From contig DAOOUC010000006.1 in NCBI GenBank assembly GCA_035390665.1, positions 1 to 32,000 of the forward strand: a stretch of DNA of 32,000 nucleotides. Direction: 5' to 3'. The notes under the pieces were generated by a model that worked only from the letters and a program-made list of their open reading frames with translations, did not search any database and had not been told where the DNA came from. Source of the DNA: an archaeon. Lineage in GTDB: Archaea; Iainarchaeota; Iainarchaeia; Iainarchaeales; CSSED10-239. The position numbers were made by a program, and so were the translations under genes. Shown here piece by piece: positions 1-8,009 of the stretch (position 1 is the first letter of the stretch; every line of letters starts with the position of its first letter).

Positions 1-113
1 CATATCCTGTTGCGATAAATTTAATAGAAAATCAAAAACAATTTAAGAATACATTTGGTTTTGAGGTTAATTTAGGCGCGGTTAAGTTTAGTTGGAGTAA
101 GCAACAGATATAA
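1..113 (+). CDS. 3' end of an ORF truncated by the window edge (hypothetical)
   Basis: Frame 3 is open from the window edge to TAA at 111-113 (...YPVAINLIENQKQFKNTFGFEVNLGAVKFSWSKQQI*). No recognisable motif. Confidence 0.25.
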   Translation, partial: YPVAINLIENQKQFKNTFGFEVNLGAVKFSWSKQQI

Positions 114-200
114 TGGTTGAAATATACCATTTCCAAAACCTATATAAATATTTATAATTAAATATAATTATATAAGTTTGAAAGATATTAGGTTTAATAT

Positions 201-761
201 ATGAGCGAAATAGATGATTATTTAGGTGATTTATCTGAATTACAAAAATATATTATTTTATTGTTAGCTTCTAACAATAATGTACCTATAAGAGGAGATG
301 TTTGGTTTCAAAAAGAGCTTTTTTTGATTGCCAAGAATTTGAAAAATATAGATGAAGAAGCATCATTTTGTTCTGATATGTATGGGCCATATAGTGAAAA
401 TGCAGATAATCAATTAGAAGAATTGGAATTAGATGATGTAATTAAGAAAGATGGTTCTAAAATTGCAATAACTAATTATGGCAAAGAAATTGCAAAAAAG
501 ATTGAATCCAATATTGCTAAGCCAATTTTAAATATGATTTCTGATTTCAAAATACTATTAAACGATTTAGACAATGAAGAAGTGTTAGCAATTATATATT
601 TTACTTTTCCGGATTATACTGATGAATCGTTAGTAATTGCTAATATTAAAAAAGATAGAAAAGAGATAGCAATTAGATTATACAAAAAGGACAAAATTAG
701 TTTACAAAAAGCATCCGAAATCGCCGGAATTCCATTAGATAAATTCATAAGGAGTATTTAA
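201..761 (+). CDS. Putative antitoxin: N-terminal wHTH/Panacea-like region fused to a UPF0175-type C-terminal HTH
   Basis: The C-terminal KISLQKASEIAGIPLDKFIRSI resembles the UPF0175 HTH that usually partners DUF3368 PIN proteins. The N-terminal assignment (LQKYIILLL...GDVWFQKELFLIAK...YGPYS) is weaker. Stop TAA at 759-761 lies 1 nt before the next ATG. Confidence 0.55.
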   Translation: MSEIDDYLGDLSELQKYIILLLASNNNVPIRGDVWFQKELFLIAKNLKNIDEEASFCSDMYGPYSENADNQLEELELDDVIKKDGSKIAITNYGKEIAKKIESNIAKPILNMISDFKILLNDLDNEEVLAIIYFTFPDYTDESLVIANIKKDRKEIAIRLYKKDKISLQKASEIAGIPLDKFIRSI

Positions 762-762
762 T

Positions 763-1254
763 ATGAAACTAGTGGATTCTTCTTGTTTAATTTGTTTATT
801 TGGGGAGATAAATAAGCCATTTGTATTATTGGATTGGAAAAGAAATGGACACAGGATAGTAATTACAGACCAAGTAAATGATGAAATTATTTGTGGTGAT
901 TGTTACAATAAAATTGTTTCAGAAATTAAAAATGGGAATATAGAAGTTGAACATTTAATTTCCTCACAAGAAGTAGATAAATTAAGATACAGATATCTAC
1001 GATTGGGAAAAGGCGAATGTTCAATAATTCTCGCAGCATTGAAATATAATCAAAAGAAAGAAAAATATTATGCTATATTAGACGATAAAGATGCACGAAA
1101 AATTGCAAAGGAAATGGGGGTTAATTTAACAGGTACAGTGGGTTTATTACTAAAATTAAAAGAAAAAAATTGTATTTCTGAAGAAACATATACAGATTGT
1201 GTGACACAAATGAAAAATTCTAAATTTAGATTTAATTGGGAGCAGTTAGAATGA
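763..1254 (+). CDS. PIN-like nuclease, DUF3368 subfamily (putative toxin)
   Basis: N-terminal VDSSCLICL, then GKGECSIILAA and AILDDKDARKIAKEMGVNLTGTVGLLLKLKE, match the pattern I know for DUF3368 PIN-domain proteins. It sits immediately downstream of the UPF0175-like gene. Confidence 0.7.
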   Translation: MKLVDSSCLICLFGEINKPFVLLDWKRNGHRIVITDQVNDEIICGDCYNKIVSEIKNGNIEVEHLISSQEVDKLRYRYLRLGKGECSIILAALKYNQKKEKYYAILDDKDARKIAKEMGVNLTGTVGLLLKLKEKNCISEETYTDCVTQMKNSKFRFNWEQLE

Positions 1255-2423
1255 GTACCACTACTGATATTAAGACAATCAAATTTGATCCCGATTCATT
1301 ATATAGATCTCAGAGAATCAAATTTTCTTCATCGAAAATTATAACCACCCCAACTAAAACGATACCATTAGATAAATTCAATTTAAAACAAAACATAAAT
1401 CCAACAGCATTGCAATTAAATGAAGTATTTAAACGATTTACGGCAAGTCAAATAAAAGAAGCAAATGAAGATTGTGAAAAAGAAGACAAAGTTAATGAAT
1501 TCTTTAATTCTCAGAAGAATAAAATAAAAGAGAATACAGCAACACTTTGTATTTTAGATTTTAATGAAATTAGGATTCCGACAGAGGAGGAAATTGGATT
1601 TTTAACCGCAATAGGTTATTGTAATTCAGACATCTCAGTAATTCCAACACTAAGTCATTTTAGCGATTCAAAATCCTCTCCAATAAATTATGAAGACTAT
1701 AAAAAATATCTAGATTTAACGATAGAAATTATAGAACAGTTAAATCATAAGCCAATTATGGGAATTATTCCGCGATTATCAAGTAAAAATATCCTTGATC
1801 TTCTAAATTTTTATCACGATAAAGGAATAAACTCATTTGCTTTGGATTTAGATGGTCGGAATCCAGTTAGCTCTTCAACAAAGATATTTAAAATATTGAG
1901 AACATTAAACAAGCAGAAATTATTAGACACATCGTATATTCATGCTCACAATGTAGGTATGAGAGTTAATAAGATTACGGATACAATCCCAGCAAAGGAC
2001 ATATTGGGTTTTGGATTAGGGCTAGACAGTATTGGGGAGAAACGAAAAGAATTTAAACCCAATAAAACCTTTATAGAATTTATAAAGCAGAATCCGTTGA
2101 ATAAATTTCGTTTATTTAACAAAAATGATTATTGTTACTGGAAAACAATTTCATTATCTGATTTAAAAAATGTATATCCTGCAGATTCTAGTATATCGTT
2201 CTCTGAATTTAAAGAACCGGTAGTACTTAGAAATGCAGCATTATTTAATAAATTGCAATACAGATTTAATTCAGAGCAATTATCTATTGAATCAAACAAT
2301 ATTAAAAAAATTATTTCAGAAGATTCTGAAAATACACTGAAATATATTAAGAAAAAGAAAGGAATTTCTACTGATGATATAAAAGTAATAGAGTCTGCAC
2401 CTAACAAAATTAAGAAAAAATAA
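1251..2423 (+). CDS. Hypothetical protein (~390 aa), third gene of the antitoxin/PIN cassette
   Basis: ATG 1251 overlaps the PIN stop (ATGA at 1251-1254). The ORF-track start at 1236 is a TTG. Long uninterrupted ORF with no motif I can name. Confidence 0.6.
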   Translation: MSTTTDIKTIKFDPDSLYRSQRIKFSSSKIITTPTKTIPLDKFNLKQNINPTALQLNEVFKRFTASQIKEANEDCEKEDKVNEFFNSQKNKIKENTATLCILDFNEIRIPTEEEIGFLTAIGYCNSDISVIPTLSHFSDSKSSPINYEDYKKYLDLTIEIIEQLNHKPIMGIIPRLSSKNILDLLNFYHDKGINSFALDLDGRNPVSSSTKIFKILRTLNKQKLLDTSYIHAHNVGMRVNKITDTIPAKDILGFGLGLDSIGEKRKEFKPNKTFIEFIKQNPLNKFRLFNKNDYCYWKTISLSDLKNVYPADSSISFSEFKEPVVLRNAALFNKLQYRFNSEQLSIESNNIKKIISEDSENTLKYIKKKKGISTDDIKVIESAPNKIKKK

Positions 2424-2521
2424 AATTTAATCCACAGAAATCTATCTCAACCATCAGACCTTTAGCTTTCTAATTTTCTTTAAGCAACCCATTTAAAACC
2501 TTTTTGAGCTAATATATATTT

Positions 2522-3565
2522 ATGTTTTCTAAGGCAAAGTTTGTGTTTTCCAAAAAGGCAATCACAGATAATTATTCTAAATTACAAGAATTAACTGACA
2601 TTGTAGCCTATAGCGTAAAATCAAATCCTTACCTAACAGAAACACTTGAACAAAAAACAAACTCCTTATTTCTAATACATCATATTAATGAACTAAATTA
2701 TATCAAAGACATAAATAGAATAATATTTATGCTACACTGCCCAGAAAAAGAAGAACTAGATATTCTTTTTAAAAAAGGTATAGACAAATTCATAGTGGAT
2801 AATATTAATGACCTAAATTTCTTAGAAAAATACATAAAAACACAAAATAAACAAATAACCTTACTTCTAAGAATGAGATTAAAAGAATATACAGTACAAA
2901 CAGGAAGATACTTTGTATATGGCTTCTTCTCAAAAGACATAAATGAACTAATACCTGAACTAAAAACTAATAATAACATAAAAGAACTAGGAATACATGT
3001 GCATAGAAAAACACAAAACCTCTCAGAATGGAACCTAGTTGAAGAACTAGAGGAGTCTTTGTCTAAAGAAACTTGGGAAAACCTAAACTACCTAGACATT
3101 GGCGGAGGAATACCAATAGATTACAAAAACGTCAAAGCAGAAACCCTTAAAGACATCTACAAGAAAATAAAAGAACTAAAAAGCCATATCAATAGAAAAA
3201 ACATAAAACTAATAATTGAACCAGGAAGAGCAATTGCTGGACCTAGCGGTAAACTTATTGCTACTATAAAAAACATTGTTGGAGATAATATATTTATTGA
3301 TGCCTCTGTCTTTAACTCAGCTATGGATTTAATTGTAGCTAATGTTAAACTTCTTGTGGAAGGAGAACTAGAGGAAACAGATAAAGGAGCTAAAGCTTAT
3401 GTCATTAAAGGACTAACTCCTGCTTCAGAAGACATCTTTAGATATAGAGTATATCTTAAAAATCCTAAAGTAGGAGACCAAATAGTCTTTCTTAACGCAG
3501 GGGCATACATTTACTACACAGATCTTTTCAATCTTGAAAGACCAGAAATAGTTTTTGAGGAATAA
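2522..3565 (+). CDS. PLP-dependent Orn/DAP/Arg decarboxylase family enzyme (probable arginine or ornithine decarboxylase)
   Basis: VAYSVKSNP (PLP-lysine motif, cf. YAVKAN), DIGGGIPIDY and EPGRAIAGPSG are fold-type III decarboxylase signatures. An agmatinase gene follows. Confidence 0.75.
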   Translation: MFSKAKFVFSKKAITDNYSKLQELTDIVAYSVKSNPYLTETLEQKTNSLFLIHHINELNYIKDINRIIFMLHCPEKEELDILFKKGIDKFIVDNINDLNFLEKYIKTQNKQITLLLRMRLKEYTVQTGRYFVYGFFSKDINELIPELKTNNNIKELGIHVHRKTQNLSEWNLVEELEESLSKETWENLNYLDIGGGIPIDYKNVKAETLKDIYKKIKELKSHINRKNIKLIIEPGRAIAGPSGKLIATIKNIVGDNIFIDASVFNSAMDLIVANVKLLVEGELEETDKGAKAYVIKGLTPASEDIFRYRVYLKNPKVGDQIVFLNAGAYIYYTDLFNLERPEIVFEE

Positions 3566-3568
3566 ATT

Positions 3569-3685
3569 ATGAATAAAGAAATAAAAAATAAAACTAAGGC
3601 AAAAAAAGAGTTGTTTTCTTTATTAGATAACCCTGCAAAAATTAAAGGCAAGATACCTAAACATAGAAGGGAACTTTATGAATAA
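3569..3685 (+). CDS. Possible small basic protein (38 aa), absent from the ORF track
   Basis: ATG lies 3 nt after the decarboxylase stop, and the TAA overlaps the agmatinase start by 8 nt. Sequence: MNKEIKNKTKAKKELFSLLDNPAKIKGKIPKHRRELYE. Packing suggests it is real, but no homology is recognised. Confidence 0.35.
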   Translation: MNKEIKNKTKAKKELFSLLDNPAKIKGKIPKHRRELYE

Positions 3686-4574
3686 TTTTATGAATCTTCC
3701 AAAGGAATATAGGGACAAGAACAAGTCAAAGGTTGTAATACTTCCAATATCTTTTAAGACAAAGACCACAAGAAAGAACGAAAGTCATCTTGGGCCTAAG
3801 GCAATCATAGAGGCAAGCCAAGAACTAGAATACTTTGAAGAAGATTTACTTTGTGAGCCTCACGAGAAAGGCATTTACACAGAAGAACAATTAACAATTA
3901 AAGAAACAGACTTTACAAAGATTAAACACAAAATCCTGGACAAGACAAAGAAAATAAACAACAAGTTTCCAATAATCCTTGGTAGCGACCACTCAACAAC
4001 AATTCCAGTAATCGAAGCATTGGAAGAAAAAGAAAAAGATTTTGGAGTAATTGTGTTTGACGCGCACTCAGATTTAAGAGAGCAGTGGGGAAAAGACACT
4101 TGGTGGCATGCTTGCGTGTCAAGAGAAATATCAAAGAAACATAAAACCCTTCTTGTTGGTGTAAGATCAATGGACAACAACGACATAGATTTCTTACAAT
4201 CAAAAAAAGGAAACAATACTGGACTAATATTTGCAAAAGACCTATTGTCTTCTAAGAAACAACATAACTGGGATCTTTCTTCCTGTTTTGAATTAGAGGA
4301 AAAGTTAAGACCATTACCAAAGAAAGTTTATATCTCAATAGATGTTGATGTGTTTGATCCATCAATCATAAGATACACAGACACTCCTGAACCAGGAGGT
4401 CTTGACTGGACACAAGTAAATAATCTTTTAAAAAAGATTTTTGAAGAAAAAGAAGTAATTGGAGTAGACCTAGTTGAGTTTTCTCCACAGCCTAAAGAAA
4501 AAGCAGTATTCTGCGAAAGCTATCTTCTTTCAAAACTGATTTATAAAATAATTGCATATAAATATTATAGGTAA
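3678..4574 (+). CDS. speB: Agmatinase / ureohydrolase family
   Basis: Arginase-family Mn-binding motifs are present: GSDHSTT, VFDAHSDLR, SIDVDVFDPS, GVDLVEFSP. Confidence 0.8.
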   Translation: MNNFMNLPKEYRDKNKSKVVILPISFKTKTTRKNESHLGPKAIIEASQELEYFEEDLLCEPHEKGIYTEEQLTIKETDFTKIKHKILDKTKKINNKFPIILGSDHSTTIPVIEALEEKEKDFGVIVFDAHSDLREQWGKDTWWHACVSREISKKHKTLLVGVRSMDNNDIDFLQSKKGNNTGLIFAKDLLSSKKQHNWDLSSCFELEEKLRPLPKKVYISIDVDVFDPSIIRYTDTPEPGGLDWTQVNNLLKKIFEEKEVIGVDLVEFSPQPKEKAVFCESYLLSKLIYKIIAYKYYR

Positions 4575-4584
4575 GTGAAAAAAT

Positions 4585-6117
4585 ATGTTTAAGAAAATAT
4601 TAGTTATTTTAATATTATTAATGTCTGTGGGGTTAGTGCTTGCCGCAGATTCTAATTGTGAAGACGAAAACACAACAGTTTGTACTATTGAACCTGGAGA
4701 ACCATTGTTTGGAAAATTACTTACAAAAGACACAATTAACCAAACAGAAAAAACAGAAATATTTGGTTTAGTTTACTTTACAGGAATTGGTTGTCCTCAT
4801 TGTGCTAAAGTTGATCCAATCTTATTAAAGAAAATGCCATTTGAAAATAATAATTTAGCAATAATTGAATATGAAGTCAAATTAAATCAAGAAAATGCAA
4901 AACTAATGGTTGAATATAATAATGAGTTTGAATCAGGTCTTGGTTATCCATTAATTATTTTAAGTCAATATGATTCTTTTGTTTCAGGAGACATAGTCCC
5001 TAAAGTTGAAAGATCACTAGAACAAGGAAAAACAAACGATGTTCCTTTCCCAGCAACAGTTTATGAAAAAGGAACAACAGCCTTTGAAAATATAGAATTT
5101 AGTAAATTAAAAGGCAAACCAGTCATCTGGTATAATGGAAAAGTAATTTCAAGATTCTATGATGGAGAAACCCCAGTTGATGATAAGATATTACATGAAA
5201 TATTAAATGCAAAGACTCCAGAAGAGATTGAAGAAGTAATAAAGAAATATGATTACCACACAATAGATGATAAAAGAATACAACTATCTCAAACTGAAAT
5301 TGTTTTTGATAACACAATACATTTACCTGGTTGGAAAATATATTATAATGGGGAAAGTACACTTAGTTATGTTGCTTGTCCAATAACCACAGAAGTAACA
5401 GAACAAGACTGTGCAGAAAAGAAAAAAATTCCATTACTTACAGTTGTTTCTTTAGCTTTAGTTGATGCTGTTAATCCTTGTGAGTTTGCAGTTTTAATTA
5501 TGTTATTGATTGCTATAATGACTGCATATCCAAAAAATAAGAAAAAAACACTTCAAGCAGGACTTGCATTTACTGCTGCAATTTTTATTTTATATTTTAT
5601 TTATGGAGTGTTATTAATAAATGTCTTTAAATTAATACCAGGAATTGATTCAATTAGAACTGTAGTTTATACAATTATTGCTTGTATTGCAATATTGATT
5701 GGACTATTACAATTAAAAGACTTCTTTGATTATAAGCCAGGAGGATTTTTAACAGAAATGCCAATGTCGTTTAGACCAAAGGTCCAAAAGATGATATCAA
5801 GTATAACTTCACCAGGGGGTGCGTTTATTGTTGGAGCATTTGTAACACTTTTCTTGATGCCATGCACTATTGGGCCATATGTGATTTTAGGAAACTTGCT
5901 AGCATCTGAGACAATCCTTGCAGCTCTTCCACAGTTATTATTGTACAATATAATTTTCATACTTCCAATGCTTGCTATAACCTTTACAGTTTACTTTGGA
6001 GTAAGAAAAGTTGATCAAGTAGCAGAATGGAAAGCAAGAAACACAAAGTACATGCATTTAATAGCAGGAATCATAATGTTATTAATAGGTATTGGAATGT
6101 TATTAGGGTGGTTTTAA
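4585..6117 (+). CDS. Secreted thioredoxin-fold (CPHC) domain fused to a CcdA/DsbD-type thiol-disulfide transporter membrane domain
   Basis: Signal peptide MFKKILVILILLMSVGLVLAADS. GIGCPHCAKVDP is a Trx/DsbA-like active site. The C-terminal multi-TM region carries VDAVNPCEF and LMPCTIGPY, the two conserved Cys of CcdA/DsbD. Confidence 0.7.
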   Translation: MFKKILVILILLMSVGLVLAADSNCEDENTTVCTIEPGEPLFGKLLTKDTINQTEKTEIFGLVYFTGIGCPHCAKVDPILLKKMPFENNNLAIIEYEVKLNQENAKLMVEYNNEFESGLGYPLIILSQYDSFVSGDIVPKVERSLEQGKTNDVPFPATVYEKGTTAFENIEFSKLKGKPVIWYNGKVISRFYDGETPVDDKILHEILNAKTPEEIEEVIKKYDYHTIDDKRIQLSQTEIVFDNTIHLPGWKIYYNGESTLSYVACPITTEVTEQDCAEKKKIPLLTVVSLALVDAVNPCEFAVLIMLLIAIMTAYPKNKKKTLQAGLAFTAAIFILYFIYGVLLINVFKLIPGIDSIRTVVYTIIACIAILIGLLQLKDFFDYKPGGFLTEMPMSFRPKVQKMISSITSPGGAFIVGAFVTLFLMPCTIGPYVILGNLLASETILAALPQLLLYNIIFILPMLAITFTVYFGVRKVDQVAEWKARNTKYMHLIAGIIMLLIGIGMLLGWF

Positions 6118-6141
6118 TACAATCAAAATGGAGATAAAATT

Positions 6142-6498
6142 ATGTCAAGAAATTTAAGAGAACTTGGAGAAATAATAATTAAATTTAATGATAAAAGGAA
6201 TTGGCAAAAATATCAAACACCAAAAGATTTAGTAATAGGGATTTCTACAGAAGCTGGAGAATTACTAGATCATTTTAGATTTAAAACTGATGATGATATT
6301 AAACAAATTTTAGAAAATTCAAAACGAAAAGAAGACATTGCTGAAGAAGCGGCAGATGTATTGTGGTTTTTATTATTATTTGCAGAAAGAAATAATATTG
6401 ATTTAGAAGATGCATTATTAAAGAAATTAGAAAAAAATGATAAAAGATTTCCTGTAGAAAAATATACAGGATATTGGGAAAAACCAGGAAGAGAATAA
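6142..6498 (+). CDS. MazG-like nucleoside triphosphate pyrophosphohydrolase (DCTPP1-like)
   Basis: EAGELLDHF ... EEAADVLWFLLLFAERNNIDLEDALLKKLEKNDKRFP shows the all-alpha NTP-PPase EXXE/EXXD pattern. Confidence 0.75.
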   Translation: MSRNLRELGEIIIKFNDKRNWQKYQTPKDLVIGISTEAGELLDHFRFKTDDDIKQILENSKRKEDIAEEAADVLWFLLLFAERNNIDLEDALLKKLEKNDKRFPVEKYTGYWEKPGRE

Positions 6499-6539
6499 TT
6501 GTTTTATTTTTAACCGAATATTTTTAAATGTGATAAAAT

Positions 6540-6977
6540 ATGATTAAAATAAAAAGACTAACAGAAACTGCAAAAGTTCCAACAAAGGCACATGAAGAAG
6601 ATGCGGGTTATGATCTTTATGCAGATGAAGAAAAAATTATTCCTGCACAATCAAGAGAATCAATACACACAGGAATTGCAATAGAGCTTCCAGACCTTCA
6701 AGAAGAAAATAAAGAAATATATGTGAGAATTGCTCCTCGTTCAGGTCTTTCGGTTAAATCTGGGATTGATATCTTTGGTGGAGTAATTGACAGAGGATAC
6801 ACAGGAGAACTTGTAGTTTGTATGTTTAATAGTTCTAAAGAAGAATTTAAAGTAAACAAAGGAGACAAAATTGCCCAAATGATTCCAACAATAATCTATA
6901 AAGATAACTTAGTAGAAGTAACAGAACTTCAAGAAAGCAAAAGAGGAGAAAAAGGATTTGGAAGTTCAGGAAAATAA
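6540..6977 (+). CDS. dut: dUTP diphosphatase (trimeric dUTPase)
   Basis: Canonical motifs are present: AGYDLYA, IAPRSGLS, GVIDRGYTGEL, KGDKIAQM, RGEKGFGSSG. Confidence 0.9.
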   Translation: MIKIKRLTETAKVPTKAHEEDAGYDLYADEEKIIPAQSRESIHTGIAIELPDLQEENKEIYVRIAPRSGLSVKSGIDIFGGVIDRGYTGELVVCMFNSSKEEFKVNKGDKIAQMIPTIIYKDNLVEVTELQESKRGEKGFGSSGK

Positions 6978-6990
6978 CTTAATTAATTAT

Positions 6991-6998
6991 ATTTATAA
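6991..6998 (+). promoter_or_regulatory. TATA-like box upstream of the GC-rich leader and tRNA-Gly
   Basis: ATTTATAA lies about 25-30 nt upstream of where the GC-rich segment begins (about 7026). Confidence 0.35.
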
Positions 6999-7028
6999 TC
7001 CTTTTCCTACTTAATATTAATAGAATAC

Positions 7029-7104
7029 TGCGATTTTTGTTAGGTGCGAGCAACCGCAGATAACTGCGGAAACAATTGCGCGCGAGCCTAGCGAAACAGG
7101 CTCT
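7029..7104 (+). ncRNA. GC-rich structured leader/element directly abutting the tRNA-Gly 5' end (copy A)
   Basis: A GC-rich island in AT-rich DNA. Hairpins CCGCAG-ATAA-CTGCGG (7054-7069) and GAGCC-N10-GGCTC (7084-7103). GCAA/TTGC and TGCG/CGCG flanks extend the first stem. It shares three sequence blocks with 18439-18575 in the opposite orientation. Confidence 0.4.
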
Positions 7105-7176
7105 GCAACTATAGTCTAGCGGTTAGGATCTCAGCCTTCCAAGCTGATGAGCCGGGTTCGAATCCCGGTAGTTGCA
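7105..7176 (+). tRNA. tRNA-Gly (anticodon UCC)
   Basis: Manual cloverleaf: acceptor GCAACTA/TAGTTGC, anticodon stem TCAGC/GCTGA with loop CTTCCAA, T-arm CCGGG-TTCGAAT-CCCGG. No encoded CCA. T-run follows. Confidence 0.85.
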
Positions 7177-7244
7177 CTTTTTTAATTATAGTCTATTTTT
7201 GTCTAATAAAAACATTTTAAAGAGTTATCTCTTACTATTTTTAT

Positions 7245-7988
7245 ATGAGAAAAAGATTGGATATTTCTAAGAATCCAATATTTAGAAAAATGGTAGGTAA
7301 ACCACTTAGAAAACCAAGATTGGAGTTTAATGAGAAAACTAATGTAGCTTTAGCTATTACTCCAAAGACAAGAACAACATTAAAAGAAAATCCAGGGATT
7401 CTTCTTAAATTTTTAAAATTTGTAAGAGAAGGTAAAAATTCTTCTACAACAAAATTGTTTTCATTTAAAAGATCAAAACAATCTAATTCTTTTTTAGTAG
7501 AAACTAAAGAACAAAAGTTATATGTTAGAAAGATAGAACAAGTAAATAAAGAAAGACCCTGGGGAAATCACGCATATAATTCTGCATTAATTATGTCCGA
7601 ATTAGAAGCACACGGGGTTAATACAGTACCTGTTGAATTTGCATATAGTAATCTAAAAAAAGGAGAAAGTTATATTGCTTATGATTACAAAGAATTAGAA
7701 AAACTACAAACACTTGAGAAAGCAAAAAAAGCAAGAACATTAACTGAAGCTGAAATTAAAGAATTTGAAGGTAATGTTTTTAACATAAATGCTAAATATT
7801 ACTACAAGATATTATCTAAATTAAAAAAAACAAAACCAACAAGAGAAAAACTATTATTTAGTTTCTATAAGGAGCACGAGATTTTATTTAACCCAACAAC
7901 AAGAAAATTTGTAGTATTTAATCCAGAAATAGATTTAAGAAGAAACAAATTGGAATATAATAAAAGATTTGCAGCAGAAGATTATTAA
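7245..7988 (+). CDS. Hypothetical protein, paralogue 1 of a three-member family (possible degenerate kinase-like fold)
   Basis: Shares AITPKT+T, LKENPG/ELxxFL, KxY/F-V/F-R/I-K, WGN, ExxxG(V/F)N, (Y/I)I(A/I)YDY and a terminal hydrophobic-F-(N/D) strand with the ORFs at 8419 and 22002. Confidence 0.6.
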   Translation: MRKRLDISKNPIFRKMVGKPLRKPRLEFNEKTNVALAITPKTRTTLKENPGILLKFLKFVREGKNSSTTKLFSFKRSKQSNSFLVETKEQKLYVRKIEQVNKERPWGNHAYNSALIMSELEAHGVNTVPVEFAYSNLKKGESYIAYDYKELEKLQTLEKAKKARTLTEAEIKEFEGNVFNINAKYYYKILSKLKKTKPTREKLLFSFYKEHEILFNPTTRKFVVFNPEIDLRRNKLEYNKRFAAEDY

Positions 7989-8009
7989 TTATAATGGAGG
8001 ATAAATAAA

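Noticed and set aside
2135-5960. Antisense ORFs in the track (2135-2407, 2698-2979, 3875-4216, 3922-4236, 4530-4733, 5123-5362, 5730-5960, all minus strand). Similar ones elsewhere: 8221-8436, 9971-10165, 10196-10426, 11300-11530, 16614-16841, 22756-23064, 23129-23350, 25147-25497, 26609-26896, 27734-27952, 30287-30502
   Set aside because: Each is fully embedded opposite a longer ORF that has clear family motifs. Their low-complexity Leu/Phe/Ser/Ile-rich translations are typical of shadow frames in AT-rich genomes.
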